Shown: in pieces, positions 1 to 8,471 of the stretch
How the letters are laid out: the number at the start of each line of letters is the position of its first letter
How positions within the stretch are numbered: the first letter of the stretch is position 1
DNA from: an uncultured Gammaproteobacteria bacterium
GTDB lineage: Bacteria > Patescibacteriota > Microgenomatia > Daviesbacterales > UBA10151
DNA: 64,000 nucleotides
Reading direction: 5' to 3'
NCBI GenBank assembly: GCA_964392925.1
Contig: CAYMRP010000005.1
Coordinates: 26,093-90,092, forward strand
The notes under the pieces: generated by a model
What the model saw: only the letters and a program-made list of their open reading frames with translations
Databases searched by the model: none
What the model was told of the DNA's origin: nothing
Made by a program: the position numbers and the translations under genes

Positions 1-32
1 ACGACCAAGTATTATTCGCCTCAGAGAAGTTT

Positions 33-1979
33 ATGGGAGTCCAGCCAGGCGATAATAACTTAGGAGCCTGGAAAATCGGACTAATCCTCGCTGGATTATC
101 AGCAATCCTCCTAGGGGTTACCGGCTATCTTTGGTGGAAAAAGAAAAAGCACCTGAATCAGCCTCCTCATTCAGATTCTTCTACCCAGCCGCCCTCTGCT
201 ACCGATAAGCTGCCTCAGTCTTTGGTTCTGTTAATCTTAGTCGGGCTTGGTTGGATAACTTTAACGAATGTTCTCGTCTCTCCAGCCTACGCTGATATTG
301 TCCGCTATCCAATAGATAATCCTATTAATACTCCTAATGTCAAAGCGGGTGGCCTAAATCAGCTTTTTGATACTTGGGGAAATGTCTCAAATTTTTCAAC
401 GGCCTCCTCCAGCGGCCAAAGCACTCTTAGCATTAGTCCTGATTGTAGAACTCTCACCGTTAAGATTATTGGACATTCAAGCGGTGGGATCTGCCGCAAT
501 GCCACAGCTGGACTCATTTTTAGAACATTCATTGATGGGGTACCAGCCAATATTTCCGGAATTTCATCAACAGACGAAAGTGGCAGATCTTTCTATCAGC
601 CTTACCAAGGAGGTAATCAGTACATGGTTATGCAGGAAAGACCCGGAGCTCGAACTGCCGATTTACAGCTTCAAGCTCCAGCAAGTACCAGTTCTTCAGT
701 TTTACATAAGGTGGACATCCATGTTGGCGCTGCAGGTTCTCATGGCAACATCTGGAGCAGCTTCCAGCAAGGGGTAGGAGATTGCGACGAATCTCCAGGC
801 GAACCATGTTACATATTATTGTCCGGCACATATAGCTGTCAGGGCCCTCCGGCACCCTCACCTACACCACCTCCACCTCCAGCCTGCAATCAACAATGTA
901 ATACTATAAATGATTGTGCCGGCAACTTAGAGGGCTGTGTTGAGTGTCGTCCCAACGCTCAGGGTCAAAACACTTGTCAACCACCTCCACCTCCAGCCTG
1001 CAATTCCTTCTGCAGCAGTAATAATGACTGCACACGTAATAGTGATGGTTGCACACAATGCGTTGCTGGTCAGTGTAGAATCCCCCCAGCCTGCAATGTC
1101 AGTTGCACCAAAGACGCTCAATGTGAGAAAGCGACCGATGGTTGTACCTCTTGTCTTCCATCTGATACTGGAACGGGGACTGTCTGCCGTCCTCCAGCTG
1201 CTTGCAACGTTGCTTGCACCAGTGATAATCAATGCGCTAAAGCTGCTGATGGTTGCGTAGCCTGTGTCAGCGGATCATGTCAGCTCCCGCCCGCATGCGG
1301 TAATTCCTGTACTACTAAAGCGGAGTGTAGCGGAGCAAAAGATGGCTGCACTGAATGCCTTGAGGGTTCATGCACCGACTATAACGACAATATGTGTAAA
1401 TGCGACGGCATAGTTGCTGAAATGAACTATCCAAATAATTTTAACTTCGAAGCCTTCGGGAAGGTTGAAGGATCTGATACCGCTAAAGCTGAAATAGCAG
1501 ATATCACCTTTAGACTTACTAAAGATAATCAGGTGGTTGCCAAGTCAAACCCCATCACCCCGGAAGTCGTTGAGAACAGCGCAAATAAGCTTCGTTTTAA
1601 AGCCGCTTGGCAAACAGCTCCCCCCGCAGTTTCCAAAGGTTCGACCTACAGAGTTTTTGCCGATGTGAGATGTAAGCCGAAGAGAATAGTTTCCTCGGGC
1701 GAAGATTCCTTCAGCCCGGTTACTAAAACTCAGGTTGTCCAATCACCATCACAACCGCCTAAAGGTTTAGAATTTGCCCTAAAAGGCATAAATCAACTTT
1801 TTGGAAACAGTAATACTCAGCTAAAAGCCGTAACTGACAGGCTATTAACAATGTTTTCCACTTCAACTGTTAATGCTCAAGGTTCTAATCTCCAGCTTCA
1901 GACTTTAAATTTCGTTAAGTTAATGGACACCGATAACTGCCGGTTTGTTATGTTCAAGTATGACGAGTCACTTTTCTAA
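33..1979 (+). CDS. Large secreted/membrane-anchored protein with five tandem 6-Cys modules (PPACNxxC..DC..DGCxxC...C) in the middle and a Cys-free C-terminal domain; function unknown, candidate surface adhesin
   Basis: Complete 648-aa ORF. Hydrophobic segments lie at aa 14-34 and 63-85, the second followed by AYA. Five repeats of ~35-40 aa each carry 6 Cys, separated by PP(P)A linkers. No motif match to a known enzyme. Confidence 0.6.
   Translation: MGVQPGDNNLGAWKIGLILAGLSAILLGVTGYLWWKKKKHLNQPPHSDSSTQPPSATDKLPQSLVLLILVGLGWITLTNVLVSPAYADIVRYPIDNPINTPNVKAGGLNQLFDTWGNVSNFSTASSSGQSTLSISPDCRTLTVKIIGHSSGGICRNATAGLIFRTFIDGVPANISGISSTDESGRSFYQPYQGGNQYMVMQERPGARTADLQLQAPASTSSSVLHKVDIHVGAAGSHGNIWSSFQQGVGDCDESPGEPCYILLSGTYSCQGPPAPSPTPPPPPACNQQCNTINDCAGNLEGCVECRPNAQGQNTCQPPPPPACNSFCSSNNDCTRNSDGCTQCVAGQCRIPPACNVSCTKDAQCEKATDGCTSCLPSDTGTGTVCRPPAACNVACTSDNQCAKAADGCVACVSGSCQLPPACGNSCTTKAECSGAKDGCTECLEGSCTDYNDNMCKCDGIVAEMNYPNNFNFEAFGKVEGSDTAKAEIADITFRLTKDNQVVAKSNPITPEVVENSANKLRFKAAWQTAPPAVSKGSTYRVFADVRCKPKRIVSSGEDSFSPVTKTQVVQSPSQPPKGLEFALKGINQLFGNSNTQLKAVTDRLLTMFSTSTVNAQGSNLQLQTLNFVKLMDTDNCRFVMFKYDESLF
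873..1406 (+). repeat. Tandem array of five ~105-120 nt coding repeats (6-Cys modules) inside CDS 33..1979; the motif ccagcctgcaat recurs at each unit start
   Basis: Protein units: PPACNQQCNTINDCAGNLEGCVEC..C, PPACNSFCSSNNDCTRNSDGCTQCVAGQC, PPACNVSCTKDAQCEKATDGCTSC..C, PAACNVACTSDNQCAKAADGCVACVSGSC, PPACGNSCTTKAECSGAKDGCTECLEGSC. Confidence 0.7.
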
Positions 1980-2066
1980 ATAAAACAAAACTGCCTATGC
2001 CCCAATCAAATACTTGCTATCCCAATAAAAACAAAATTATTGTATGCTAAATAGACAGTTCTTTTT

Positions 2067-2885
2067 ATGAACACCAAAACCATTGCCATAGTAGCTGTCG
2101 TCATTTTTCTCCTGGCCTCAATCGGTGTCGGTGTCTATTTGGCGATGAATCCTCAAGACTTTCTGCCTTCAGCCCAGGAGTCAACTCAAACCCAAACTGC
2201 CCAAGGTGGATCTTGCCCAGCCCCAGGTACTCCAGCCACAGTGACTCTCAGCTATCCTCTTTGCGAGAGCGTCGGTGGGGGGCCGGAAACATGTGTTTTT
2301 GAAAAAGCCGGTTGTGTTTGGGAAGGTGTCTCAGGAGCCACCAAATATAGTGTCAAAGTTACCGAAGTTGAAACAGGAGCCTCAGTTTCATCAGAAACTA
2401 TCAATGCTCCGGCCTTAAAAACCTCCTTCCCTGTGGTTCAGGGTAGAACCTACAAATGCGAAGTTTCAGCTATAAATAGTTGTGGTGCGACTGGAGGGAT
2501 TAATGAAGACACACTATTATGCGAGACAGATGCTTTCGTTTCACCAGCTCCTGTCTCAACCCCACCACCACCAGCTCCTGTCTCTACTCCTACACCAACC
2601 CCAACGCCTTCTCCCATAGCTTGCGGATTCCAAGGATGTAGCACAGCCGTTCCTTGCCAGAACGGATTTATTTGTGTTGAAACCTCAGCCGGTCAAAATT
2701 TCTGCGCCAGAAGCGAGTATCAAAGCATGTGTTATAAAAGTCCAGGTGTTGCTTCCTGTTGTGAAGCTCCTCCAGCACCAAAGCCAACCTTGCCTCCTGC
2801 AGGAGCTTTAGACTCTACTTTGATACTTGGTGGAGCCGGACTCGGACTAGTTATTCTTGGCGCAGCAGCCCTTCTCCTTCTCTAA
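2067..2885 (+). CDS. Cys-rich cell-surface protein: N-terminal signal anchor, FN3-like beta domain, Pro/Thr linker, small Cys-rich domain, then a C-terminal LPPAG motif plus hydrophobic tail (possible sorting/anchor signal)
   Basis: TM helix at aa 6-26. Segment TKYSVKVTEV..GRTYKCEVSAINSCG is FN3-like. Linker PPPPAPVSTPTPTPTPSP. Cys cluster CGFQGCSTAVPCQNGFICVE..CCE. C-terminus PTLPPAGALDSTLILGGAGLGLVILGAAALLLL ends the protein. Confidence 0.55.
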   Translation: MNTKTIAIVAVVIFLLASIGVGVYLAMNPQDFLPSAQESTQTQTAQGGSCPAPGTPATVTLSYPLCESVGGGPETCVFEKAGCVWEGVSGATKYSVKVTEVETGASVSSETINAPALKTSFPVVQGRTYKCEVSAINSCGATGGINEDTLLCETDAFVSPAPVSTPPPPAPVSTPTPTPTPSPIACGFQGCSTAVPCQNGFICVETSAGQNFCARSEYQSMCYKSPGVASCCEAPPAPKPTLPPAGALDSTLILGGAGLGLVILGAAALLLL

Positions 2886-2887
2886 TC

Positions 2888-3310
2888 TTACTTATCATCG
2901 ATAGCATCCTGCTCCATCACATGCTCAGTCCATACTCTTAAATTAGCTTCCAGCCCATATCTTCTTGAAAATGGGGCAATATGTATCTCTATTCCCGCAG
3001 TGCCTGTTTTCGAAAGCGGTCCAGGAGGGGGAAGTTCAGGTCTCAATTCTTCAATGCTATGCCCTGTGTTATAGGTGATCTGAAGATCGCCAGTTTTGCG
3101 ATCAAGTGCCACACCCTGTATTAGAACAAAAACCTCTGTCTCGCTCGGTTTATTTGGGTGGAATTTGAAAACAAAATCTGGTAACTGCTCCGGACAAAAC
3201 TCGACAGCCCCAATTCTTTGCTTATTCTGCATTAAGGAATCTAGTTGTTGAGTTGGAGAATCATGAGCACGCCTTTTAACATAGCTTCTTATCCGTTCCA
3301 AATTCATCAA
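2888..3310 (-). CDS. Hypothetical protein (140 aa), no recognisable motif
   Basis: Complete ORF on the opposite strand between two + strand genes. Coding status uncertain. Confidence 0.3.
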   Translation of the reverse strand: MMNLERIRSYVKRRAHDSPTQQLDSLMQNKQRIGAVEFCPEQLPDFVFKFHPNKPSETEVFVLIQGVALDRKTGDLQITYNTGHSIEELRPELPPPGPLSKTGTAGIEIHIAPFSRRYGLEANLRVWTEHVMEQDAIDDK

Positions 3311-3358
3311 CCAAAACTAGCACAGTCAAAAAACTCCAGCAAGTGATAAAATTGCCCC

Positions 3359-6340
3359 ATGCAGACTCCTCAGTTCAAGGAAAGCTACCAAAAACTAAAT
3401 CCCGCCCAAAAGCAGGCTGTCGACTCAATTGAAGGTCCGGTTATGGTAGTCGCTGGTCCCGGTACCGGAAAGACCCAAGTCCTGACTCTTAGAATTGCCA
3501 ACATCTTGCTTAAAACCCAAACTAGCCCTGAAAATATATTGGCCCTAACTTTCTCTGAATCAGCTTCCCATCAAATGCGCCAGCGCTTACTAAAAGTTAT
3601 CGGGCCTCCAGCTTATAAAGTAGAAATCTCTACTTTTCATTCTTTTGCAAATTCTATAATCCAGGACTTTCCTGAAGAGTTTCAAAATCTAATCTCTGCA
3701 GAAAGCATCCTTGAGGATGAACAAATCCAATACATTGAAAAAATAATTGAAACCACAGATTTATCTCTTCTTAGACCATGGGGTGATCAATTTTTCTATG
3801 TTCGCGACATTCTTTCTTCGATCAGTGATTTAAAAAAAGAGGGTATAACACCAGACAAGTTAGCAGCCGGCTTAAATCGGCAGAAGGCAGATCTTGATGT
3901 TGTAAAAGATCTATATCATGAGAAAGGCCCCCATAAAGGCAAAATGAAATCTGTCTATGCCCAAGAACTAAAAAATATTGCCAAAATAGAAGAATTCATT
4001 AAAGTCTACACTGCCTATACAGAGATTCTTACTAAGAACAAAAAATATGATTTTAATGACATGCTTATCGAGTCAGTCAAAGTTCTTGAGTCAAACCCCC
4101 AGCTCTTACTTCTATACCAAGAAAAATATCACTATATTCTGGTTGATGAACATCAGGATACTAATGCTTCGCAAAACCGGCTAGTTGAACTGCTTGCCTC
4201 ATTCCATGAAGTGCCAAATCTATTTGTAGTTGGTGACGAAAAACAAGCGATTTATAGATTCCAAGGTGCCTCTCTTGAAAATTTTCTCTACTTTCAAAAA
4301 CGTTACCCGCAGGCCAACCTAATTAATCTTAATTTGAATTATCGTTCCCATCAAACAATTCTTGACGCTTCCATCTCATTTATATCCAAAAATATTAGCG
4401 CCAATATTTTGACTGAACAAATAAAACTGATTGCCTCCGCAAATATCAAAAGCCAAAATATTAAAGTTGCCCAGCTTAATGATTATTTTGGAGAGTTTAA
4501 ATTTGTTGCCGATTCAATTCAAAAGCTCATTGAGAATGGGGTGAACCCCTCAGAGATCGCCGTCCTAGGTAGACGTAATCAGGAATTATCCGATCTCTCC
4601 AATTTTCTAAAACAGAAAAAAATTAACTACTGTCTTGATGCGGACCTAGATGTCCTATCGGATCTATGGATTCGCAAATTTCTCCTAATATTGGAGTCTG
4701 TCAGTGATTTTGCAAGCGAAGAAAAGTTTGCCAAAATCCTCAATATTGATATTTTAGGTAATGACCCTTTCAATGTTTTTCATTTAATTCAGCAAGCGAG
4801 AAAAGAACATCAATCAATTTTCGAACTTCTGGAAAGTAATGATTCTCGTTTTGAAAAAATTAATTCCTTTTATAAAATCTATAAAGGCTGGGTAACTCTC
4901 TCTAAAAACATCCAGCTTGACGATCTATTCATCAAGATTCTTAATGAATCTGGAATCAGGCAGGGCTTTTTATCTCTTCCCGACAGGAACGAAATCCTGG
5001 CAAAATTTATAACTCTCTTTGAAAGCATTAAAGAAAAAATCTATAAACTTCCGGACTATTCCTTAAGCGACTTTTTATACAAACTCGAACTAGTTAGAAA
5101 ACACAAACTATCTATCAAAGCAAAATCCAATATCTCTCTAAAAGAAGGAGTTCGGTTATTCACAGTCCACAAAGCCAAAGGTCTTGAGTTTGAATATGTT
5201 TTTATTCTTCAATGTATCGCCGGGAGATGGGGGAGCCTAAGAAAGCGCTCTGAAAAAATTAAGCTTCCATGGAATTACTTGGGCGAAAAAGTCAAAACAG
5301 CCGTTGAATTTGAAGAGATTGAAGACGAAAGAAGATTATTTTTTGTCGGGTTAACCCGGGCCAAAAAAGATGTTATTCTTTCATATTCTAACTTATCAGA
5401 AGAAGGCAAAGAGCAGCTACCAAGTCAATTTATTACAGAAATTGATTCTAATCTCAGAGATAGTCTTGATACGTCAGACTTTAATTTTGATTTCTCCCAA
5501 AACAAAGACATTCTTTTTGATGAAATAATCCCCGAGATTGATTTAGAAAATGAACACCAATTCCTCAGAAAAATATTTCTTGAAAAAGGCTTAAATGTTT
5601 CGGCTGTCGATAACTTTCTGACCTGTCCCTGGAAGTATTTTTTCGTTAATCTAATCTCAATACCTGCTGTAAGAAATAAGTATCAACTCTTTGGTACTGC
5701 CATTCACTCATCTCTTGAAAGTCTAATAAAGAAACGCAAAATTGAAAAAAATCCCAAGCAGCACCTACTTAAAAGCTTAGAATGGTATCTCTCTCTTCAG
5801 GGTTTAACTGACAAAGACTACCAGGAATATTTAGCAAAAGGCAGGCTCGCTCTCAACGGTTTCTATGACAATACCTTTATCAATTTTCCCGATTCAATTC
5901 AAAGTGAGTTAAATGTCAGAGGCGTTAAAATTTCTGATAGACTGACCCTTAATGGCCGGATAGACATGCTCGAAGAAGAGAGTGGTAAATTTATAGTTCA
6001 CGATTTTAAAACCGGCAAGCCGAAGTCCCGGACAGATATAAATGGCTCCAAACCTGAAAGTAACTCTAATTACCTAAGACAATTAGTTTTTTATAAAATC
6101 CTGCTGGATGAATATAAAAATGGTCTGATGAACGCTGACACCGGAGTTATTGATTTTGTAGAACCAGACGACAAAGGTCGTTTTAAATCTGAAGTATTTA
6201 TTCTTGAGGATAAAGATAAGCAGTCTCTTCTTCAGCAATTAAACGTCATTGCGGATCAGATTTATAATTTTACTTTTTGGAACGACACCTGTGGGGAAAA
6301 AGATTGTCAGTGGTGCGAGCTTCGCAAAATGATGGGTTAG
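3359..6340 (+). CDS. UvrD/PcrA-family superfamily I DNA helicase fused to a C-terminal RecB/Cas4/AddB-type PD-(D/E)XK nuclease domain with a 4-Cys Fe-S cluster signature
   Basis: N-terminal LNPAQKQAVDS..VVAGPGTGKT (Walker A), DExQD-like VDEHQDTN and other helicase motifs. C-terminal TCPWKYF (first Cys), GRIDMLEEE, IVHDFKTGK, RQLVFYKIL (QxxxY), then CGEKDCQWC (C-x4-C-x2-C). Confidence 0.85.
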   Translation: MQTPQFKESYQKLNPAQKQAVDSIEGPVMVVAGPGTGKTQVLTLRIANILLKTQTSPENILALTFSESASHQMRQRLLKVIGPPAYKVEISTFHSFANSIIQDFPEEFQNLISAESILEDEQIQYIEKIIETTDLSLLRPWGDQFFYVRDILSSISDLKKEGITPDKLAAGLNRQKADLDVVKDLYHEKGPHKGKMKSVYAQELKNIAKIEEFIKVYTAYTEILTKNKKYDFNDMLIESVKVLESNPQLLLLYQEKYHYILVDEHQDTNASQNRLVELLASFHEVPNLFVVGDEKQAIYRFQGASLENFLYFQKRYPQANLINLNLNYRSHQTILDASISFISKNISANILTEQIKLIASANIKSQNIKVAQLNDYFGEFKFVADSIQKLIENGVNPSEIAVLGRRNQELSDLSNFLKQKKINYCLDADLDVLSDLWIRKFLLILESVSDFASEEKFAKILNIDILGNDPFNVFHLIQQARKEHQSIFELLESNDSRFEKINSFYKIYKGWVTLSKNIQLDDLFIKILNESGIRQGFLSLPDRNEILAKFITLFESIKEKIYKLPDYSLSDFLYKLELVRKHKLSIKAKSNISLKEGVRLFTVHKAKGLEFEYVFILQCIAGRWGSLRKRSEKIKLPWNYLGEKVKTAVEFEEIEDERRLFFVGLTRAKKDVILSYSNLSEEGKEQLPSQFITEIDSNLRDSLDTSDFNFDFSQNKDILFDEIIPEIDLENEHQFLRKIFLEKGLNVSAVDNFLTCPWKYFFVNLISIPAVRNKYQLFGTAIHSSLESLIKKRKIEKNPKQHLLKSLEWYLSLQGLTDKDYQEYLAKGRLALNGFYDNTFINFPDSIQSELNVRGVKISDRLTLNGRIDMLEEESGKFIVHDFKTGKPKSRTDINGSKPESNSNYLRQLVFYKILLDEYKNGLMNADTGVIDFVEPDDKGRFKSEVFILEDKDKQSLLQQLNVIADQIYNFTFWNDTCGEKDCQWCELRKMMG

Positions 6341-6348
6341 TTATAACT

Positions 6349-7437
6349 ATGATTACAAATAATCGACTTAAAAATTTACAGGAAGAAATTAAACAGCAAA
6401 ATCTGGAAGCAGTTTTAATCTCTAAAACTTCGAACATTATCTACCTCACAAACTATTCCGGTTTTTCAAATGAAGAGCGAGAGGCGTATCTTCTTATCAC
6501 TATGAATAATCAATTCATATTCACAGACGGCCGTTATAAGGAAGCAGTAAAACAGCTAATTCCGGATTTTAGTTTAATAGAAATTTCCTCCAAAAATAAA
6601 TTCAATGATCTGCTAAAAAATGTTTGCCAAAAGTTAGAAATCAACAAAATAGGAATTGAAGAAAGCGATCTAAAAGTTAGCGAATGGAAAGCAATTAAAA
6701 AAACTGTTAAAGATCTAAGAGGCTTTAAATTCCACCACCATCGCTCAATTAAAACTAAAGAAGAAATTGAACTAATAGAAAAAGCCTGTCAAATAGGGGA
6801 TGAAGCTTTTGATTTTATAAAGACAAAAATTAAATCGGGCATAACAGAAAAAGAAATAATGTTCCTCCTGGAGAATCAAATAAGACAACAGGGTTTTGAG
6901 CCCTCATTCAAAACAATAATTGCTTTCGCCGAAAACTCAGCAGTCCCACATCACCAAACATCAGACAAAAAACTAACATCCGGCGACTTTATATTATTAG
7001 ATTTTGGAGTCAAATTTAAAAACTACTGCTCAGATATGACCAGAACTTTAGTTTTTGGTAAGTCTTCTGCAAAACAAAAAAAGATTCACCAAACAGTCAA
7101 AGACTCGCAGCAAAAAGCTTTTGAATATTTAAAAACAAATTTCAAAACAGGAGTTAAAGCCTCAGATATAGATAAAATTGCCAGAGATTATATTATAGAA
7201 AACGGCTTTCCCTCCATCCCACACTCCTTGGGCCACGGCATCGGCATAGAAGTTCACGAACATCCATACTTAGGTCCAAACAGTAAAGACATCCTTACAG
7301 CCAATATGGTTTTCTCCATTGAACCAGGAATCTATCTCCCTGAATTTGGCGGAGTCAGAATTGAAGATTTATTCGTCATAGAAAATGATAAAGTGAGACA
7401 GTTGACTAAAAGTAATAACGATCTGGTATTTTTGTAG
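6349..7437 (+). CDS. Xaa-Pro aminopeptidase / M24B family metallopeptidase (creatinase-N plus M24 domains)
   Basis: HSLGHGIGIEVHEHPYL motif; D-rich metal ligands (LLDFGV.., CSDMTRT). The start is taken at the ATG at 6349 (MITNN..), because the ORF-track start at 6277 overlaps the upstream gene. Confidence 0.85.
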   Translation: MITNNRLKNLQEEIKQQNLEAVLISKTSNIIYLTNYSGFSNEEREAYLLITMNNQFIFTDGRYKEAVKQLIPDFSLIEISSKNKFNDLLKNVCQKLEINKIGIEESDLKVSEWKAIKKTVKDLRGFKFHHHRSIKTKEEIELIEKACQIGDEAFDFIKTKIKSGITEKEIMFLLENQIRQQGFEPSFKTIIAFAENSAVPHHQTSDKKLTSGDFILLDFGVKFKNYCSDMTRTLVFGKSSAKQKKIHQTVKDSQQKAFEYLKTNFKTGVKASDIDKIARDYIIENGFPSIPHSLGHGIGIEVHEHPYLGPNSKDILTANMVFSIEPGIYLPEFGGVRIEDLFVIENDKVRQLTKSNNDLVFL

Positions 7438-7450
7438 TATAATTTTCGTT

Positions 7451-7912
7451 ATGGAAGACCCCGCACTGCAGGAATTATTAAAAACAATCGATCGATCAGT
7501 TTTTAAAAACCTGCCTTTTATTAAAAGAGTTGATAAACCTTGGGGTTATGAGTTAATTTTTACATCCGAAGATCTGCCTTATACAGGCAAACTAATGCAC
7601 ATCAATGCCGGTAAAAGATTATCTCTCCAGGTTCACGATAAAAAACAGGAAACTCAAATTCTAATTTCTGGAAAATGTAATTCCATAATTGAAAATGTTA
7701 ATGGGGAAATGGAAACCATTGAAATGATTCCAATGCAGGGTTACACCATGATGATTGGCCAAAAGCACCGCCTTCAGGCCGTTGAGGATTGCGATGTTTT
7801 TGAAGTCTCAACTCCTGAGATAGGTAACACTTTTAGATTAGAAGATGATTACGCGCGTCCAACAGAAACTGATGAAATGCGCAAAGACCCCAACCGCGGT
7901 TGGAGTAACTAA
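7451..7912 (+). CDS. Cupin-fold protein, type II phosphomannose-isomerase-like cupin (ManC C-terminal domain-like)
   Basis: KPWGYE ... LSLQVHDKKQE motif, typical of PMI-type cupins. 153 aa. Confidence 0.5.
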   Translation: MEDPALQELLKTIDRSVFKNLPFIKRVDKPWGYELIFTSEDLPYTGKLMHINAGKRLSLQVHDKKQETQILISGKCNSIIENVNGEMETIEMIPMQGYTMMIGQKHRLQAVEDCDVFEVSTPEIGNTFRLEDDYARPTETDEMRKDPNRGWSN

Positions 7913-7913
7913 A

Positions 7914-8450
7914 CTAGGGCACTCTATACAAATAAAAATCTCCGCCCACTCTGAAGTCTAAGTTCTTCTCGCCCATTTTCTTAAACGGTTTCCAATTCTT
8001 AAAATGATAGGTCTGAGTAATAACAATAGCCCCTTTATTTAGTTCTTTCTGAAGTTTACTTTCAAGCCTGTCTACCGCTTTCTGCAAAAGATAAATATAC
8101 ACAATATCAGCCGGGTAATAATTCCTTTCAAAAACATCTCCATGACAAAAGTGAGTCATCTTGTTTGTTCCCACCATCCGCGACCTATATCTTGAATACC
8201 AAACCCTCATCCATGATTGTTCAACCCCGTTCGATTTAGCTCCTATTTTTGCCGCTTCAATTACAACTCTTCCATCACCGCTCCCAAGTTCATAAAAAAC
8301 TTTATTCTTCCGTACGCCTGCGGCTTGTAAAACTTTCCGGATTAAATGCATTCTAGTCGGCACATAAGGCGCATCCGTACCAGCAAACCACGATAAAGCC
8401 AAAGCAGACCCCCCAAGTAAACCTAGAATTAGTATTAATGTATAGTCCAT
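7914..8450 (-). CDS. Membrane-anchored class I SAM-dependent methyltransferase-like protein
   Basis: N-terminal TM helix. Motif I-like YELGSGDGRVV. Confidence 0.45.
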   Translation of the reverse strand: MDYTLILILGLLGGSALALSWFAGTDAPYVPTRMHLIRKVLQAAGVRKNKVFYELGSGDGRVVIEAAKIGAKSNGVEQSWMRVWYSRYRSRMVGTNKMTHFCHGDVFERNYYPADIVYIYLLQKAVDRLESKLQKELNKGAIVITQTYHFKNWKPFKKMGEKNLDFRVGGDFYLYRVP

Positions 8451-8471
8451 ATGAGAAAAATCCCGTGATAC

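Noticed and set aside
873-1406. Checked whether the nucleotide-level tandem repeats could be a CRISPR array or minisatellite
   Set aside because: The units differ substantially at third positions and in length, maintain one long reading frame and encode conserved Cys spacing. They are protein-coding repeats, not a CRISPR or non-coding repeat.
2450-2644. 64-aa minus-strand ORF rich in GVGV inside gene 2067..2885
   Set aside because: Antisense of the Pro/Thr linker codons (ACC/CCA repeats); a nested artefact.
6277-6348. ORF-track 5' extension of the aminopeptidase gene overlapping the helicase-nuclease 3' end
   Set aside because: The extension has no similarity to the M24 N-terminus. The ATG at 6349 gives the expected MITNN.. 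start and removes the 64-nt overlap.
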